64,000 nucleotides of DNA from an uncultured Ruminococcus sp. (GTDB lineage Bacteria; Bacillota; Clostridia; Oscillospirales; Ruminococcaceae). Both the position numbers and the translations under genes were made by a program. Shown piece after piece: positions 29,961 to 40,807 of this stretch; within the stretch, counting starts at the first letter, position 1, and each line of letters opens with the position of its first letter. The stretch is from contig CADAHS010000001.1 in NCBI GenBank assembly GCA_902787825.1, forward strand, positions 74,063-138,062. Reading direction: 5' to 3'. The notes below the pieces were generated by a model, which saw only the letters and a list, made by a program, of their open reading frames with translations, did no database searches and was not told the origin of the DNA.

Positions 29961-32426
29961 ATGCGTGGTGTTTTTAAGGTTGCTAAGATCGCTGTTAGCC
30001 GTGCTGCGTATGGCTTTGACAACGAGTATAGCTACACTGTTCCCGATGAGCTTTCAAGGCTTGTAGATGTGGGTGTGCGTGTTGTCGTTCCGTTTGGCAA
30101 AGGTAATAAAAAAACTATTGGATTTGTTACAAGGACGTACGAAGCAGCGGAGTATAACAGTGACCTGAAACCTATAATAAGCCTTGTTGATGAGGAAAGT
30201 CTTGTTGTCCCGGAAATGATGAAGATCATTTTCTGGCTCAAGGAAAATACCTTCTGTACCTTCTTTGATGCATATAAGACAGTAGTCCCATCAGGCTTTT
30301 CGTATAGGTTTGACCTTCATTACAGTCTTGTCAATACCTTCATTGATGAGCAGGAGCTTTCTCAGGACGAGCTGAACATCATCAATTTCATGCGTGCCTC
30401 AAAAAATCAGCGTGAGATAGATAAGTTTCTCACTATTTCCAGCGGCGATAAACGCAAAAAGGCTCTTGACAGCCTGATAGATAAGGGCTATGTGCAGCAA
30501 TCGGATCTTTTGAAAAGACGAGTCGGCGATGAGAATATCAATATGGTCAGATTGTCGCAGGAGTATCTTGATGGAAATGTAAACATTACACTTACTCCAA
30601 AGCAGACACTTGTGGTCAGACTGCTTGAAGAAAGCGGCTGTGCCTGTGAAAAGGAAGTCTGCTATATGACAAATTGTACCACCTCGATTATCAAACGTCT
30701 TGTTGATAAAAAAGTGCTGTACAAATACCGCTGTGAGCTTATGCGTGATGCCATAGGCGAGATAGTTCAAAATCTTGCACCCGAGGAGATAGTTCTCAAT
30801 GATGAACAGCAGCAAGCTTTTGATGGCATGATGAAGCTTGTTGTTGAACAAAAAGCTGCCGGGGCACTGCTTTACGGTGTTACCGGAAGCGGCAAAACTC
30901 AGGTTTTCATAAAGCTTATAGATAGTGTTGTAAAAATGGGGAAAACGGCGATACTGCTTGTGCCGGAGATCTCACTTACTCCCCAGCTGCTTAATAAATT
31001 CAAGTCTTACTTTGGAAATACTATTGCAGTTGTTCATTCTTCTCTTTCGCTGGGCCAGAGAACTGACGAGTTCAAACGCATCAAAAGCGGCAGCGCAAGA
31101 ATAGTCATAGGAACAAGAAGTGCTGTGTTTGCACCCCTAAGAAACCTTGGATTGATAATTATGGATGAAGAGGGCGAGCCTTCTTATAAGTCTGACTCCA
31201 GCCCTCGTTACCATGCAAGAGATGTTGCGATCCAGCGCTGCGGAATAAATAACTGTTTGCTCGTTATGGCATCAGCAACTCCATCTCTTGAAAGCTTTTA
31301 TTATGCAAAGCATAAAAGATTCCATCTGTTTGAAATAAAGAAACGTTACAGCAATGCAAAGCTTCCGCAGGTCAGGATAATTGATATGCAGCAGGAAGCT
31401 CTGAACGGCAATGACAGCCTGCTCAGCCGTGAGCTTGCACAGGGAATAAGGGCTGCACTTGATAGAGGTGAGCAGTCGATATTGCTCCTTAACAGGCGTG
31501 GGTTCAATACATATGTCAGTTGTGCAGAGTGCAGACAGCCTGTTGTCTGTCCTAACTGTAATATCCCGCTTACCTATCACAAGAAGAATGGTCAGATGAT
31601 GTGCCATTATTGCGGATATACGATGCCATTTGATGCACATTGTCCGAACTGTCACTCTGATAAACTGAAGGCAAGCGGTGTTGGTACTCAGAGAGTTGAA
31701 GACGAGATCGCAAGGCTTTTCCCTGATGCAAGGATACTCAGAATGGATGCGGATACGACTGCTTCAAGATATTCATATGAGCAAAACTTTTCAGCTTTTG
31801 AAAAAGGCGAGTATGATATAATGCTTGGTACGCAGATGATAGCTAAAGGCCTTGATTTCCCCAATGTAACGCTTGTTGGTGTTGTGTCACTGGATAAGGC
31901 GCTTTATACAGGAGATTTCAAAAGCTACGAGCGAACTTTTTCACTGCTTACACAGGTCGTTGGCAGAAGCGGACGAGGTGAAAAAGAGGGTGTAGCCTAT
32001 ATCCAGACCTTTGTTCCCGAGCACTATGTTCTTAACCTTGCAGCAAAGCAGGATTATGATGAATTCTATGAGCAGGAGATAGCTCTAAGACAGGCACTTA
32101 TCTATCCTCCGCTTTGTGACCTTTGTGTCATAGGGTTCAGCAGTACTATGCAGAGCAAGTGCATTGAAGCCTCCAACTGGGTGACTCAGCTGCTTTCGGA
32201 ATACATAAGAACAAATAAGGTCAGATTTCCTATGCGTGCGATCGGTCCTGCGCCGTGTACGCTTGAAATAATCAATAACAGGTATCGTTACAGACTGATA
32301 CTTAAAACCAAAAACTGTAAAGAGTTCAGAGAAATGATTCGCAATATGCTTGAGCATTTCTACAAAAACAGAAGCTTTGACAATGTGCGTATCTACGCCG
32401 ATATCAATGGTGATGTCGGACTCTGA
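29961..32426 (+). CDS. priA: Primosomal protein N'
   Basis: GVTGSGKT, VPEISLTPQL, MDEE, two CxxC-CxxC pairs, GTQMIAKGLDFP. Confidence 0.97.
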   Translation: MRGVFKVAKIAVSRAAYGFDNEYSYTVPDELSRLVDVGVRVVVPFGKGNKKTIGFVTRTYEAAEYNSDLKPIISLVDEESLVVPEMMKIIFWLKENTFCTFFDAYKTVVPSGFSYRFDLHYSLVNTFIDEQELSQDELNIINFMRASKNQREIDKFLTISSGDKRKKALDSLIDKGYVQQSDLLKRRVGDENINMVRLSQEYLDGNVNITLTPKQTLVVRLLEESGCACEKEVCYMTNCTTSIIKRLVDKKVLYKYRCELMRDAIGEIVQNLAPEEIVLNDEQQQAFDGMMKLVVEQKAAGALLYGVTGSGKTQVFIKLIDSVVKMGKTAILLVPEISLTPQLLNKFKSYFGNTIAVVHSSLSLGQRTDEFKRIKSGSARIVIGTRSAVFAPLRNLGLIIMDEEGEPSYKSDSSPRYHARDVAIQRCGINNCLLVMASATPSLESFYYAKHKRFHLFEIKKRYSNAKLPQVRIIDMQQEALNGNDSLLSRELAQGIRAALDRGEQSILLLNRRGFNTYVSCAECRQPVVCPNCNIPLTYHKKNGQMMCHYCGYTMPFDAHCPNCHSDKLKASGVGTQRVEDEIARLFPDARILRMDADTTASRYSYEQNFSAFEKGEYDIMLGTQMIAKGLDFPNVTLVGVVSLDKALYTGDFKSYERTFSLLTQVVGRSGRGEKEGVAYIQTFVPEHYVLNLAAKQDYDEFYEQEIALRQALIYPPLCDLCVIGFSSTMQSKCIEASNWVTQLLSEYIRTNKVRFPMRAIGPAPCTLEIINNRYRYRLILKTKNCKEFREMIRNMLEHFYKNRSFDNVRIYADINGDVGL

Positions 32427-32446
32427 TAAAAGAAAGGATAATTTCA

Positions 32447-32917
32447 ATGGCGATCAGAGCAATAATGAATAAGAGAGAAGAAGTGCTCCACAAGGTGTGC
32501 AAGCCTGTGGTAAGCTTTGATGAAAAGCTGTGGGAACTGCTTGACGATATGGCTGAAACGCTTGAGAAGGCTAACGGCGTTGGACTTGCAGCACCTCAGG
32601 TTGCAAAGCTCAGAAGACTTTGCATCATCAAGATCGGTGAAGAGCCTGTCTATGAACTTATAAATCCTGAAATAACCTGGAGATCTGATGAGAAACAGCG
32701 TGTCGTTGAGGGGTGCCTTTCATGCCCTAACGAGTGGGGATATGTTACAAGACCTATGAAAGTGAAATTCAAGGCTCAGAACAGAAACGGTGAGTGGTAC
32801 GAAAAAGAAGCTGAGGGCTTGTTCGCCCAGGCTGTATGTCACGAACTTGACCACCTTGACGGTCACTTGTTTACAGAGATAGTTGAAGAATTTGTTGAGG
32901 TCGAGGACGATAAATGA
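32447..32917 (+). CDS. def: Peptide deformylase
   Basis: GVGLAAPQV, EGCLS, HELDH. Confidence 0.97.
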   Translation: MAIRAIMNKREEVLHKVCKPVVSFDEKLWELLDDMAETLEKANGVGLAAPQVAKLRRLCIIKIGEEPVYELINPEITWRSDEKQRVVEGCLSCPNEWGYVTRPMKVKFKAQNRNGEWYEKEAEGLFAQAVCHELDHLDGHLFTEIVEEFVEVEDDK

Positions 32918-33849
32918 GAATTGTATTTATGGGAACGCCCGATTTTGCTGTTCCTACTCTTGAAAAGCTTTATGAGGCCGGACATGATGTTGCCGCAGTG
33001 TTTACTCAACCAGATAAACCAAAGGGCAGGGGTTATAAGCTGACTCCGCCGCCTGTAAAAGTGCTCGCACAGCAGCACTCTACACCTGTTTATCAGCCAA
33101 AGAGCCTGAAAAAAGAGCCTGAGATGTGGGATGTTATAAAGCAGCTGGAGCCTGATTGTATCGTGGTCGCAGCTTATGGTAAGCTCCTGCCAAAGCAGGT
33201 GCTTGATATACCAAAGTATCATTGCGTGAACGTTCATGGTTCGCTTTTGCCAAAGTACAGGGGTGCGGCACCCATTCAGTGGTCTGTGCTGAACGGCGAT
33301 AAAGTCACCGGAATTACGACAATGCTAATGGCGGAGGGTATGGATACAGGTGATATCCTGATGCAGTGTACTACACCGATCGGTGAGAATGAAACAGCTT
33401 CCGAGCTTTTTGACAGACTTGCCGTAATGGGTGCTGATCTGCTTATACAGACGCTTGAAAAGCTCGAAAAGGGTGAGTTGACTCCTGTCAAGCAGAACGA
33501 TAACGAGGCAACATATGCAAGTATGCTCACAAAAGATATGTGTATGCTTGATTTCAGTAAGCCTGCCAGAGAGGTACATAAAAAGATCTGCGGTCTTTCC
33601 GACTGGCCGTGTGCAACAACAATGCTCAACGGTAAAAGATTGAAGGTGTATCGTTCGGAGATCGTTTCGTCAAAGTGCAGTGATGTCGCTGTTGGTACTG
33701 TCATCGACACACAAAAGTTCTGTGTCAGGTGTGCCGACGGTGTTGTGAGATTTACCGAGATCCAGGCTGAAGGCTCGAAACGTATGAAATCAGAGGATTA
33801 TCTGAGAGGAAACCCCGTTTCAGCTAACACTGTGCTTGGTATGGAGTGA
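32914..33849 (+). CDS. fmt: Methionyl-tRNA formyltransferase
   Basis: MRIVFMGTPDFAV, NVHGSLLPKYRGAAPIQ. Confidence 0.97.
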   Translation: MRIVFMGTPDFAVPTLEKLYEAGHDVAAVFTQPDKPKGRGYKLTPPPVKVLAQQHSTPVYQPKSLKKEPEMWDVIKQLEPDCIVVAAYGKLLPKQVLDIPKYHCVNVHGSLLPKYRGAAPIQWSVLNGDKVTGITTMLMAEGMDTGDILMQCTTPIGENETASELFDRLAVMGADLLIQTLEKLEKGELTPVKQNDNEATYASMLTKDMCMLDFSKPAREVHKKICGLSDWPCATTMLNGKRLKVYRSEIVSSKCSDVAVGTVIDTQKFCVRCADGVVRFTEIQAEGSKRMKSEDYLRGNPVSANTVLGME

Positions 33850-33855
33850 CAACTT

Positions 33856-35172
33856 ATGAATAGTGCTCGAAAGCTTGTTGTCAGAACGCTGACAAAGGTC
33901 GATGATAATAATTCCTATTCAAATATAGTCCTTTCAAACGCTCTGGAAAATAGTGAGCTTTCGGCTCAGGATAAAAAATTTGCTTCTGCATTGTTTTACG
34001 GAGTTATCGAAAGGAAGCTTACGCTTGATGAGATAATAGCTCATTACAGCGTAAACAAACATGATAAACTTAGCAGTGAGATAAGAAATATTCTCAGATG
34101 CGGTATCTATCAGCTGCTTTATATGGACTCTGTGCCGGATAATGCCGCTGTTGATGAGAGTGTAAAGCTTGCCAAAACGAATAAAAATCCCGCAAGTGCA
34201 GGGTTTGTTAATGCTCTGCTTCGTGAGTTTGTCCGCAGATCAAAAGCTTTGCCAAAACGCAGCAGCCGTGTTGAACAGCTTTGCTTGGAGTACTCCTGTC
34301 CGGTGTGGCTGGTTTCTAAATGGCTGAGCGAGTATGGCGAGAAAGTCTGTTTTGATATGCTGGATACCTCTTTCGGACAGCCGCCTACAACTGTCAGGGT
34401 GAATACTGTTTTTGCACCGCTTGATGATACGTTAAAGCTGCTTTCAGACGAGGGGATAATGTTCAGCAGATCAAAAGTCCTTGAGAATTGTATTGATCTG
34501 TATTTTTCAGGTAGTGTTGAACAGACTCAAGCGTATAAAAGCGGAAGGATTCATGTTCAAGATATGTCGAGCCAGTTCTGCGCAGCGGCACTTGATCCCA
34601 GACCTTCAGAAACGGTTCTCGATCTTTGTTCAGCTCCCGGTGGAAAGACCTTTACAATAGCTGAGATGATGGACAATAGAGGTAAGGTGCTTGCATTTGA
34701 TCTGCACACAAACAGAGTAAAATTGATCCAGTCGGGTGCGCACAGACTTGGCCTTGATTGTATAACAGCTCACACCAACGATGCAAAAGTGTTCAACGAA
34801 CAGATCCCAAAGGCTGACAAGGTGCTTTGTGATGTCCCGTGTTCGGGACTCGGAGTTATCAGAAGAAAGCCCGAGATAAAATATAAAAAACCTGAGGACT
34901 TTGAAAGACTTCCTCAGATACAGTACGATATACTTGAAACATCTTCAAAGTATGTCAAACAGGACGGAGTTCTGGTCTATTCGACCTGTACACTGTCAAG
35001 AACCGAGAATGATGAGGTCGTTGACAGGTTTTTGAAAGAACATTGCGAGTTTTCAAGCTGTGAGCTTGGTGAAGCTTTCGGAAATGACAGGCATAAGTCC
35101 AGACTGACATTTACACCGTATAAATATGATTCAGATGGCTTCTTTGTTGCTAAATTCAGAAGGATAAGGTGA
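33856..35172 (+). CDS. rsmB: 16S rRNA m5C967 methyltransferase
   Basis: NusB-like N-terminus, DLCSAPGGKT, DVPCSG, YSTCT, DGFFVA. Confidence 0.95.
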   Translation: MNSARKLVVRTLTKVDDNNSYSNIVLSNALENSELSAQDKKFASALFYGVIERKLTLDEIIAHYSVNKHDKLSSEIRNILRCGIYQLLYMDSVPDNAAVDESVKLAKTNKNPASAGFVNALLREFVRRSKALPKRSSRVEQLCLEYSCPVWLVSKWLSEYGEKVCFDMLDTSFGQPPTTVRVNTVFAPLDDTLKLLSDEGIMFSRSKVLENCIDLYFSGSVEQTQAYKSGRIHVQDMSSQFCAAALDPRPSETVLDLCSAPGGKTFTIAEMMDNRGKVLAFDLHTNRVKLIQSGAHRLGLDCITAHTNDAKVFNEQIPKADKVLCDVPCSGLGVIRRKPEIKYKKPEDFERLPQIQYDILETSSKYVKQDGVLVYSTCTLSRTENDEVVDRFLKEHCEFSSCELGEAFGNDRHKSRLTFTPYKYDSDGFFVAKFRRIR

Positions 35173-35176
35173 TACC

Positions 35177-36223
35177 TTGCTTTGTTACGATCAATACGGT
35201 AAAATTGATATCCTTTCACTGCTCCCGGACGAGCTTGAGGCTAAGATCATTGATATGGGAGAAAAAAAGTTCAGAGCAAAACAGATCTTTACATGGCTCC
35301 ATGTCAGAAATGCCGGAAGCTTTGAGCAAATGACTGATATTTCTGCACAACTCAGGAATCGCCTTGATGAAATGTTTTGTATAAAATCACTATTTGAGGT
35401 CAAAAGGCTTGAATCTTGTACCGATAATACTGTAAAATATTTATATGAGCTTTCAGACGGCAATCATATCGAGTCTGTGCTAATGGAATATGAACACGCA
35501 AACACTATTTGTGTGTCAACTCAGGTCGGCTGTAAAATGGGCTGCAAATTCTGCGCCTCGACTATAGCAGGCTATAAGAGAGATCTCACAACATCGGAGA
35601 TCCTTTTGCAGATCTATGAATCTCAAAGACTCAGCGGGAGAAAGATCGGCAGCGTTGTGCTAATGGGTATTGGCGAACCGTTGGATAACTATGACAATGT
35701 CGTTGATTTTCTTAGGATCATATCGTGTGAGCAGGGAATGAACCTTTCATTGAGACATGTTTCGGTCTCGACCTGTGGAATTGTTCCTAAGATATACGAA
35801 CTGGCAGATCTGAAGCTGGGAATAACTCTATCGATCTCCCTGCATTCGGCAAATAATAAGTCCAGAAGTGACATTATGCCGATCAATAATAAATATGATA
35901 TTAGTGAGCTTATAGCTGCCTGCAAGCATTATTTTGCTGTAACGGGCAGAAGGATATCTTTTGAATATTCGCTTATAAGCGGTCATAACGACAGTGAGAC
36001 AGACGCAAAACAGCTTGCCCGGCTGCTCGGCGGGTTCAACTGTCATATAAATCTTATTCCGGTGAATAAGATCAAAGAGCGTGACTTTCATTCAGACAGA
36101 AAGTCAGCTTACAGATTTCAGAAATATCTTCAGGATCTGGGACTGAATGCTACCGTTCGCAGGACACTCGGTGCAGATATTGATGCAGCTTGCGGACAGC
36201 TCAGGAGAGAATATGAGATATGA
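35177..36223 (+). CDS. rlmN: Dual-specificity RNA methyltransferase RlmN
   Basis: CVSTQVGCKMGCKFC, MGIGEPLDN, SLHS, NLIPVN, AACGQL. Confidence 0.96.
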   Translation: MLCYDQYGKIDILSLLPDELEAKIIDMGEKKFRAKQIFTWLHVRNAGSFEQMTDISAQLRNRLDEMFCIKSLFEVKRLESCTDNTVKYLYELSDGNHIESVLMEYEHANTICVSTQVGCKMGCKFCASTIAGYKRDLTTSEILLQIYESQRLSGRKIGSVVLMGIGEPLDNYDNVVDFLRIISCEQGMNLSLRHVSVSTCGIVPKIYELADLKLGITLSISLHSANNKSRSDIMPINNKYDISELIAACKHYFAVTGRRISFEYSLISGHNDSETDAKQLARLLGGFNCHINLIPVNKIKERDFHSDRKSAYRFQKYLQDLGLNATVRRTLGADIDAACGQLRREYEI

Positions 36224-36240
36224 AAACATCAGTATGAAGG

Positions 36241-36981
36241 GTGGTGAATTGCTTGTTTATATCTTCGATAACAGACATTGGCAAGAAACGAAGTGAAAAT
36301 CAGGACAGGGTCCATGTTGAGTTCCTTGGCGATAACGTTTCATTTGCGATCGTTTGCGACGGAATGGGTGGTGCTTCCTCCGGAGGAGTTGCCAGTCAGC
36401 TCGCTATTGATTCTATTATCAGCAGGATAAAGGAAAACTATCGTGCGCAAATGAATGATAATTCGATAAGAAATATGATGCTCACATCTGTCCATTATGC
36501 CAATACTGTTGTTTATGAAAATAGTAAGGCAGACATCGAGAAAAACGGTATGGGTACGACTGTAGTTGCTTCTTTGGTCATAAATAAGAAGATCTATGTT
36601 GTAAGTGTAGGTGACAGCCGTGCATATTTACTCAACAAAGATGGAATCAAGCAGATCACTACCGACCACACCTACGTTGAGATGCTCTATCGCAACGGTG
36701 AGATAACCGAAGAGCAAAAGGAAACACATGAGCTTCGCAACGTTATTACAAGAGCTGTTGGTGTTGAAGCTGATGTAGACGTGGATTATTTTGAACTGGA
36801 GGAATACGGAAACTTTTCTGTTGTACTCTGTTCTGACGGTCTGTCCAAATATTGTTCAAGTGAATTGATATATGAAACTGTATTTGAAAAGGACCTTGAT
36901 GAGGCAGTAAAAACACTTGTTGAATACGCTAATGATAAAGGCGGAAAAGATAATATTTCCGCAGCAATCGTCGCAAATTAA
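36241..36981 (+). CDS. stp: PP2C-type Ser/Thr phosphatase (Stp1/PrpC)
   Basis: TDIG..RSENQD, VCDGMGG, GDSRAY, LCSDGL, GGKDNI. Confidence 0.93.
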   Translation: MVNCLFISSITDIGKKRSENQDRVHVEFLGDNVSFAIVCDGMGGASSGGVASQLAIDSIISRIKENYRAQMNDNSIRNMMLTSVHYANTVVYENSKADIEKNGMGTTVVASLVINKKIYVVSVGDSRAYLLNKDGIKQITTDHTYVEMLYRNGEITEEQKETHELRNVITRAVGVEADVDVDYFELEEYGNFSVVLCSDGLSKYCSSELIYETVFEKDLDEAVKTLVEYANDKGGKDNISAAIVAN

Positions 36982-37016
36982 CTTGGATTATTCAAAAAAA
37001 GTAGGAGTTGGATTAA

Positions 37017-39215
37017 ATGGATTCTAATATCGGCAAAAAGCTTGACGGCAGATATGAGATCACAGAGCTTATCGGTGTCGGCGGAATGGCTGATGTGTAT
37101 AAGGCTGTGGACGTAATGGAGGACCGTGAAGTCGCAGTCAAGATACTCAAGCCTGAGTTCGCTGAGAATGAGGAATTCCTCAGAAGATTCAGAAATGAGA
37201 GCAAAGCTATCGCAGTGCTTTCTCACCCTAATATCGTTAAGATATATGACGTTGGATTCTCTGATGAAATACAGTATATCGTTATGGAGTACATAGACGG
37301 TATCACGCTCAAGGAGTTTATCGAGCAGCAGGGAGTGCTCAAGTGGAAAGATGCGCTGCATTTTGTTACGCAGATACTCAGAGCTTTGCAGCATGCGCAT
37401 GATAAAGGCATCGTCCACCGAGACATAAAGCCTCAGAATATTATGCTGTTTACCGATGGCACTATAAAGGTCATGGATTTTGGTATCGCAAGATTTTCAA
37501 GGATCGACGGTAAAACACTCTCTGACAAGACTATCGGCTCGGTTCATTATATCTCACCTGAACAGGCAAGAGGTGATATCACTGACGAAAGATCGGATAT
37601 ATATTCTGTAGGTGCTATGCTTTATGAGATGCTTACCGGTCATAAGCCTTTTGACGGAGAGAATCCTGTCGCAATAGCTCTCAAGCATATGCAGGACGAT
37701 CTGGTGATGCCAAGAGATATTATGCCTTCAGTGCCTGAAGCACTTGAAGAGATCGTTATTCATGCTATGGAAAAGGATCCTGGCCGAAGATATCAGTCTG
37801 CTGCGGATATGATAAGAGATATTGATACATTCAAGCTCAATCAGTCGGTAGTGTTCGGGTATAAAAACGGCGCAGCACCTGTTAATACCGAATATTACGA
37901 CGATGACTACGATGACGATTATTATGACGATCGTTATGATAGCAGATATGACAGATATGACGATGATGATTATGACGATGATGATTATGACGAGGACGAT
38001 TATGAGCCGCCAAAGAAACGTTCGTATATAATGCCGATCCTTCTTGCGGTAACAGTTGCTGTCGTAATTATGGCATCAGTGATAATCTGTATCACGGTGT
38101 TTAAGTCACTTGGCGGTGCAAACGGATTGCACACAAGTTCTGTTGAAGTACCGAATTTTGTTGGAATGAGTATTGTTGATGTTGAGCAGGAGTGGAAGGA
38201 CAAGCTTCAGTTTGAGATCACAAACGAAAACAATAATGAGTATGAATCAGGTATAATCTTCTGGCAGGCTGATGCAGTCGGTAAAACAGTCAAGGAAGGC
38301 TATACATGTACCATTAAGGTAAGTAAGGGCAAACAGATGACCACGATACCCAATATGGTCAATAAGCCTAAGGAAGCCGCAGAGAGTGAGCTTAAAGCAG
38401 CAGGATTTGTAGTGTTCCTCACAAGTGAGTTCAATGACGATGTTCCAAAGGGTAATGTAACAAAGACTGAACCAGCAGCGGGAACAGAGTTCTATGTTGG
38501 CGGTACTGTAAAGATCTTCGTAAGTGACGGTCCGTTCGATACTCAGGTCAAGGTTCCGAATGTGGTCGGATATACACAGGATAAAGCTGTTCAGGCGCTT
38601 AAAGATAACAAGCTCAATCCTGTTATCAAGGAAGTCGGACACGACGGCGACAAGGGACTTGTTATTTCACAGAGCATTGAAAAGGATACAAGAGTTACTC
38701 GTGGTTCAGATGTCATCATTTACATTTCAAAGGGAGAGGTCGATGAATCCAGTCTGACATTCAGACTCCCGATACCTAATGGTGCATTCGGCTCTTACTC
38801 AGTAGTTCTTTATAATAACGCTAAGGTCGTTGCAACAGTACCTATGGATAAGGCTGAAACTGTCGCAGGTTCTTACCTTGAAGTAACTGTCAAGGGCAAG
38901 AAGGAACAGTCCTATACTATCCATGTCAGAAACAATACCACAGGCAAGTCTGTAGCTCCATATGCAGTTGTTAGCGTAGACTTTGAAAAGAAAACAGCTA
39001 AGTTCACATCAGGACCTAATACAAGCAAGCTGTTGGATATCACACCAACAACTACACGGGAGACCACAAAGGCTACGGAAACAACTACTGAGGAACCGAC
39101 CCAGACAGAGACTCAGACTTCTAAGGAAACTGAGCCAACTGAAACAAAGCCTACAGATACTGAGAAAACTAAGAAAACTCAGAATAGCGAAGATGATAAT
39201 AACAATGATGAATAA
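37017..39215 (+). CDS. pknB: PASTA-domain Ser/Thr kinase (PknB/PrkC)
   Basis: IGVGGMADVY, HRDIKPQN, DFGIAR, GSVHYISPEQ, one TM, three PASTA-like repeats, Thr-rich tail. Confidence 0.95.
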   Translation: MDSNIGKKLDGRYEITELIGVGGMADVYKAVDVMEDREVAVKILKPEFAENEEFLRRFRNESKAIAVLSHPNIVKIYDVGFSDEIQYIVMEYIDGITLKEFIEQQGVLKWKDALHFVTQILRALQHAHDKGIVHRDIKPQNIMLFTDGTIKVMDFGIARFSRIDGKTLSDKTIGSVHYISPEQARGDITDERSDIYSVGAMLYEMLTGHKPFDGENPVAIALKHMQDDLVMPRDIMPSVPEALEEIVIHAMEKDPGRRYQSAADMIRDIDTFKLNQSVVFGYKNGAAPVNTEYYDDDYDDDYYDDRYDSRYDRYDDDDYDDDDYDEDDYEPPKKRSYIMPILLAVTVAVVIMASVIICITVFKSLGGANGLHTSSVEVPNFVGMSIVDVEQEWKDKLQFEITNENNNEYESGIIFWQADAVGKTVKEGYTCTIKVSKGKQMTTIPNMVNKPKEAAESELKAAGFVVFLTSEFNDDVPKGNVTKTEPAAGTEFYVGGTVKIFVSDGPFDTQVKVPNVVGYTQDKAVQALKDNKLNPVIKEVGHDGDKGLVISQSIEKDTRVTRGSDVIIYISKGEVDESSLTFRLPIPNGAFGSYSVVLYNNAKVVATVPMDKAETVAGSYLEVTVKGKKEQSYTIHVRNNTTGKSVAPYAVVSVDFEKKTAKFTSGPNTSKLLDITPTTTRETTKATETTTEEPTQTETQTSKETEPTETKPTDTEKTKKTQNSEDDNNNDE

Positions 39216-39230
39216 TGGTGAAAGCGTTTT

Positions 39231-40115
39231 ATGACAGGAATCATTATTAAAGCAATCGGAGGCCTCTACACCGTGGAAGCCTCCGACGGTGTTTATGAAT
39301 GTAAAGCAAGGGGCATATTCAGAAAAAAAGGTGTATCACCTTGCTGTGGAGATAATGTCAGCATATCAGTTGAAAAAGATCAAAGTGGGATGATAGAAGA
39401 GATACTTCCAAGAAGATCTCAGATCATCAGACCTCCGCTTGCTAATCTTGATGTGCTTGTGTTTGTTTCATCAGTGTGTGAACCTAAACCCAATTTGCTG
39501 CTGCTTGATGAGTTCATTGCGATAGCGGAGTATAAAAAGATAGTCCCTGTTGTTGTTTTTACTAAGATCGACAAGCAGGATAGTTCACAGTATGCTGAAA
39601 TATATCGTAAAGCCGGACTTACTGTTTTTGAAGTCAACAATATGACGGGAGAAGGCAGCGGCTGTGTAAAGCAATTCCTTATGGGAAAGCTGTCAGCTTT
39701 TACGGGTAACACGGGCGTAGGAAAGTCATCGCTTCTCAACAGGATCTTTCCCGAACTTGATCTCGCTACTAATGAGATCAGTGAAAAACTTGGCAGAGGA
39801 AAGCATACTACACGCCATGTTCAGCTTTTCAAACTCGAAGGCGGAGGATATATTGCTGATACCCCCGGCTTTTCGTCGTTTGATACCAACAAATATGACA
39901 TAATCTATAAGGATAAGCTTGCTGATTGTTTCTGTGATTTCAGAGAGTATCTGGGAAAATGCAGATTCCAGAATTGCAGCCATACTAAGGAAAACGGTTG
40001 TGCAGTAATTCAGGCTGTTAACGAAGGGAAAATATCAAGATCAAGACATGACAGCTATATCAGTATGTATGAGCAGGCAAAGCTTTTGAAAGAGTGGGAG
40101 CATAAAAATGATTGA
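39231..40115 (+). CDS. rsgA: Ribosome small-subunit-dependent GTPase A
   Basis: TKID, GNTGVGKSSL, GRGKHTT, DTPG, CRFQNCSH..E.GC. Confidence 0.96.
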   Translation: MTGIIIKAIGGLYTVEASDGVYECKARGIFRKKGVSPCCGDNVSISVEKDQSGMIEEILPRRSQIIRPPLANLDVLVFVSSVCEPKPNLLLLDEFIAIAEYKKIVPVVVFTKIDKQDSSQYAEIYRKAGLTVFEVNNMTGEGSGCVKQFLMGKLSAFTGNTGVGKSSLLNRIFPELDLATNEISEKLGRGKHTTRHVQLFKLEGGGYIADTPGFSSFDTNKYDIIYKDKLADCFCDFREYLGKCRFQNCSHTKENGCAVIQAVNEGKISRSRHDSYISMYEQAKLLKEWEHKND

Positions 40116-40737
40116 CTGCGTTATATTTGCAGGTGCTGATATGAATATTTCCTGCGTAGATAAGAATAATTTTGAGAATGCTTTTATAATATGTGCAGAC
40201 AGGGGAGTTGAGCACGCAATAAAGCTTGATTTGAAGCCTGATCTGATCGTAGGAGATTTTGACTCACTCGGCTATGTTCCGGATGCAGACTGTGAAATCA
40301 TGACCTTCAGACCCGAAAAGGACGATACTGATCTGATGATCGCTGTAAGGCAGGCTGTTTGCAAGGGTAAAAAGAATATAAGGATATATGCTGCGCTCGG
40401 GGGAAGGCTGGATCATACTATTGGAAATATCCAGACATTGAGTTTTGCGCTTGATAATGGTTGTAGAGCCGAGCTTGTGTCTGAAAACGAGATAGTAACA
40501 CTGCTTGCTCCCGGAAAAAATTTTATTCAAAAGAAAAAAGGGTTTTCGCTTTCGCTGTTCAGTTATGGCGATAATGTTACCGGGCTTTGCATAAGCGGGA
40601 CAAAGTATACTCTTAATAATGGCGAGATAAACAATTCTTTCCCGATAGGTGTTTCAAATGAGATAATTGATGATGTGGCAAAAATTACATTTGAAAGCGG
40701 AAAACTGCTTGTTGTCTGTTCATCAGTAACAACTTGA
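40108..40737 (+). CDS. thiN: Thiamine pyrophosphokinase
   Basis: CADRG, GDFDS, EKDDTD, GGRLDH, GVSNE. Confidence 0.93.
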   Translation: MIDCVIFAGADMNISCVDKNNFENAFIICADRGVEHAIKLDLKPDLIVGDFDSLGYVPDADCEIMTFRPEKDDTDLMIAVRQAVCKGKKNIRIYAALGGRLDHTIGNIQTLSFALDNGCRAELVSENEIVTLLAPGKNFIQKKKGFSLSLFSYGDNVTGLCISGTKYTLNNGEINNSFPIGVSNEIIDDVAKITFESGKLLVVCSSVTT

Positions 40738-40807
40738 TTATCTCCGGAATAGTATGGTGTAAAGCGGTCGGTACGCTTTAAACTATATTTCAAACGGAGG
40801 TATACTT

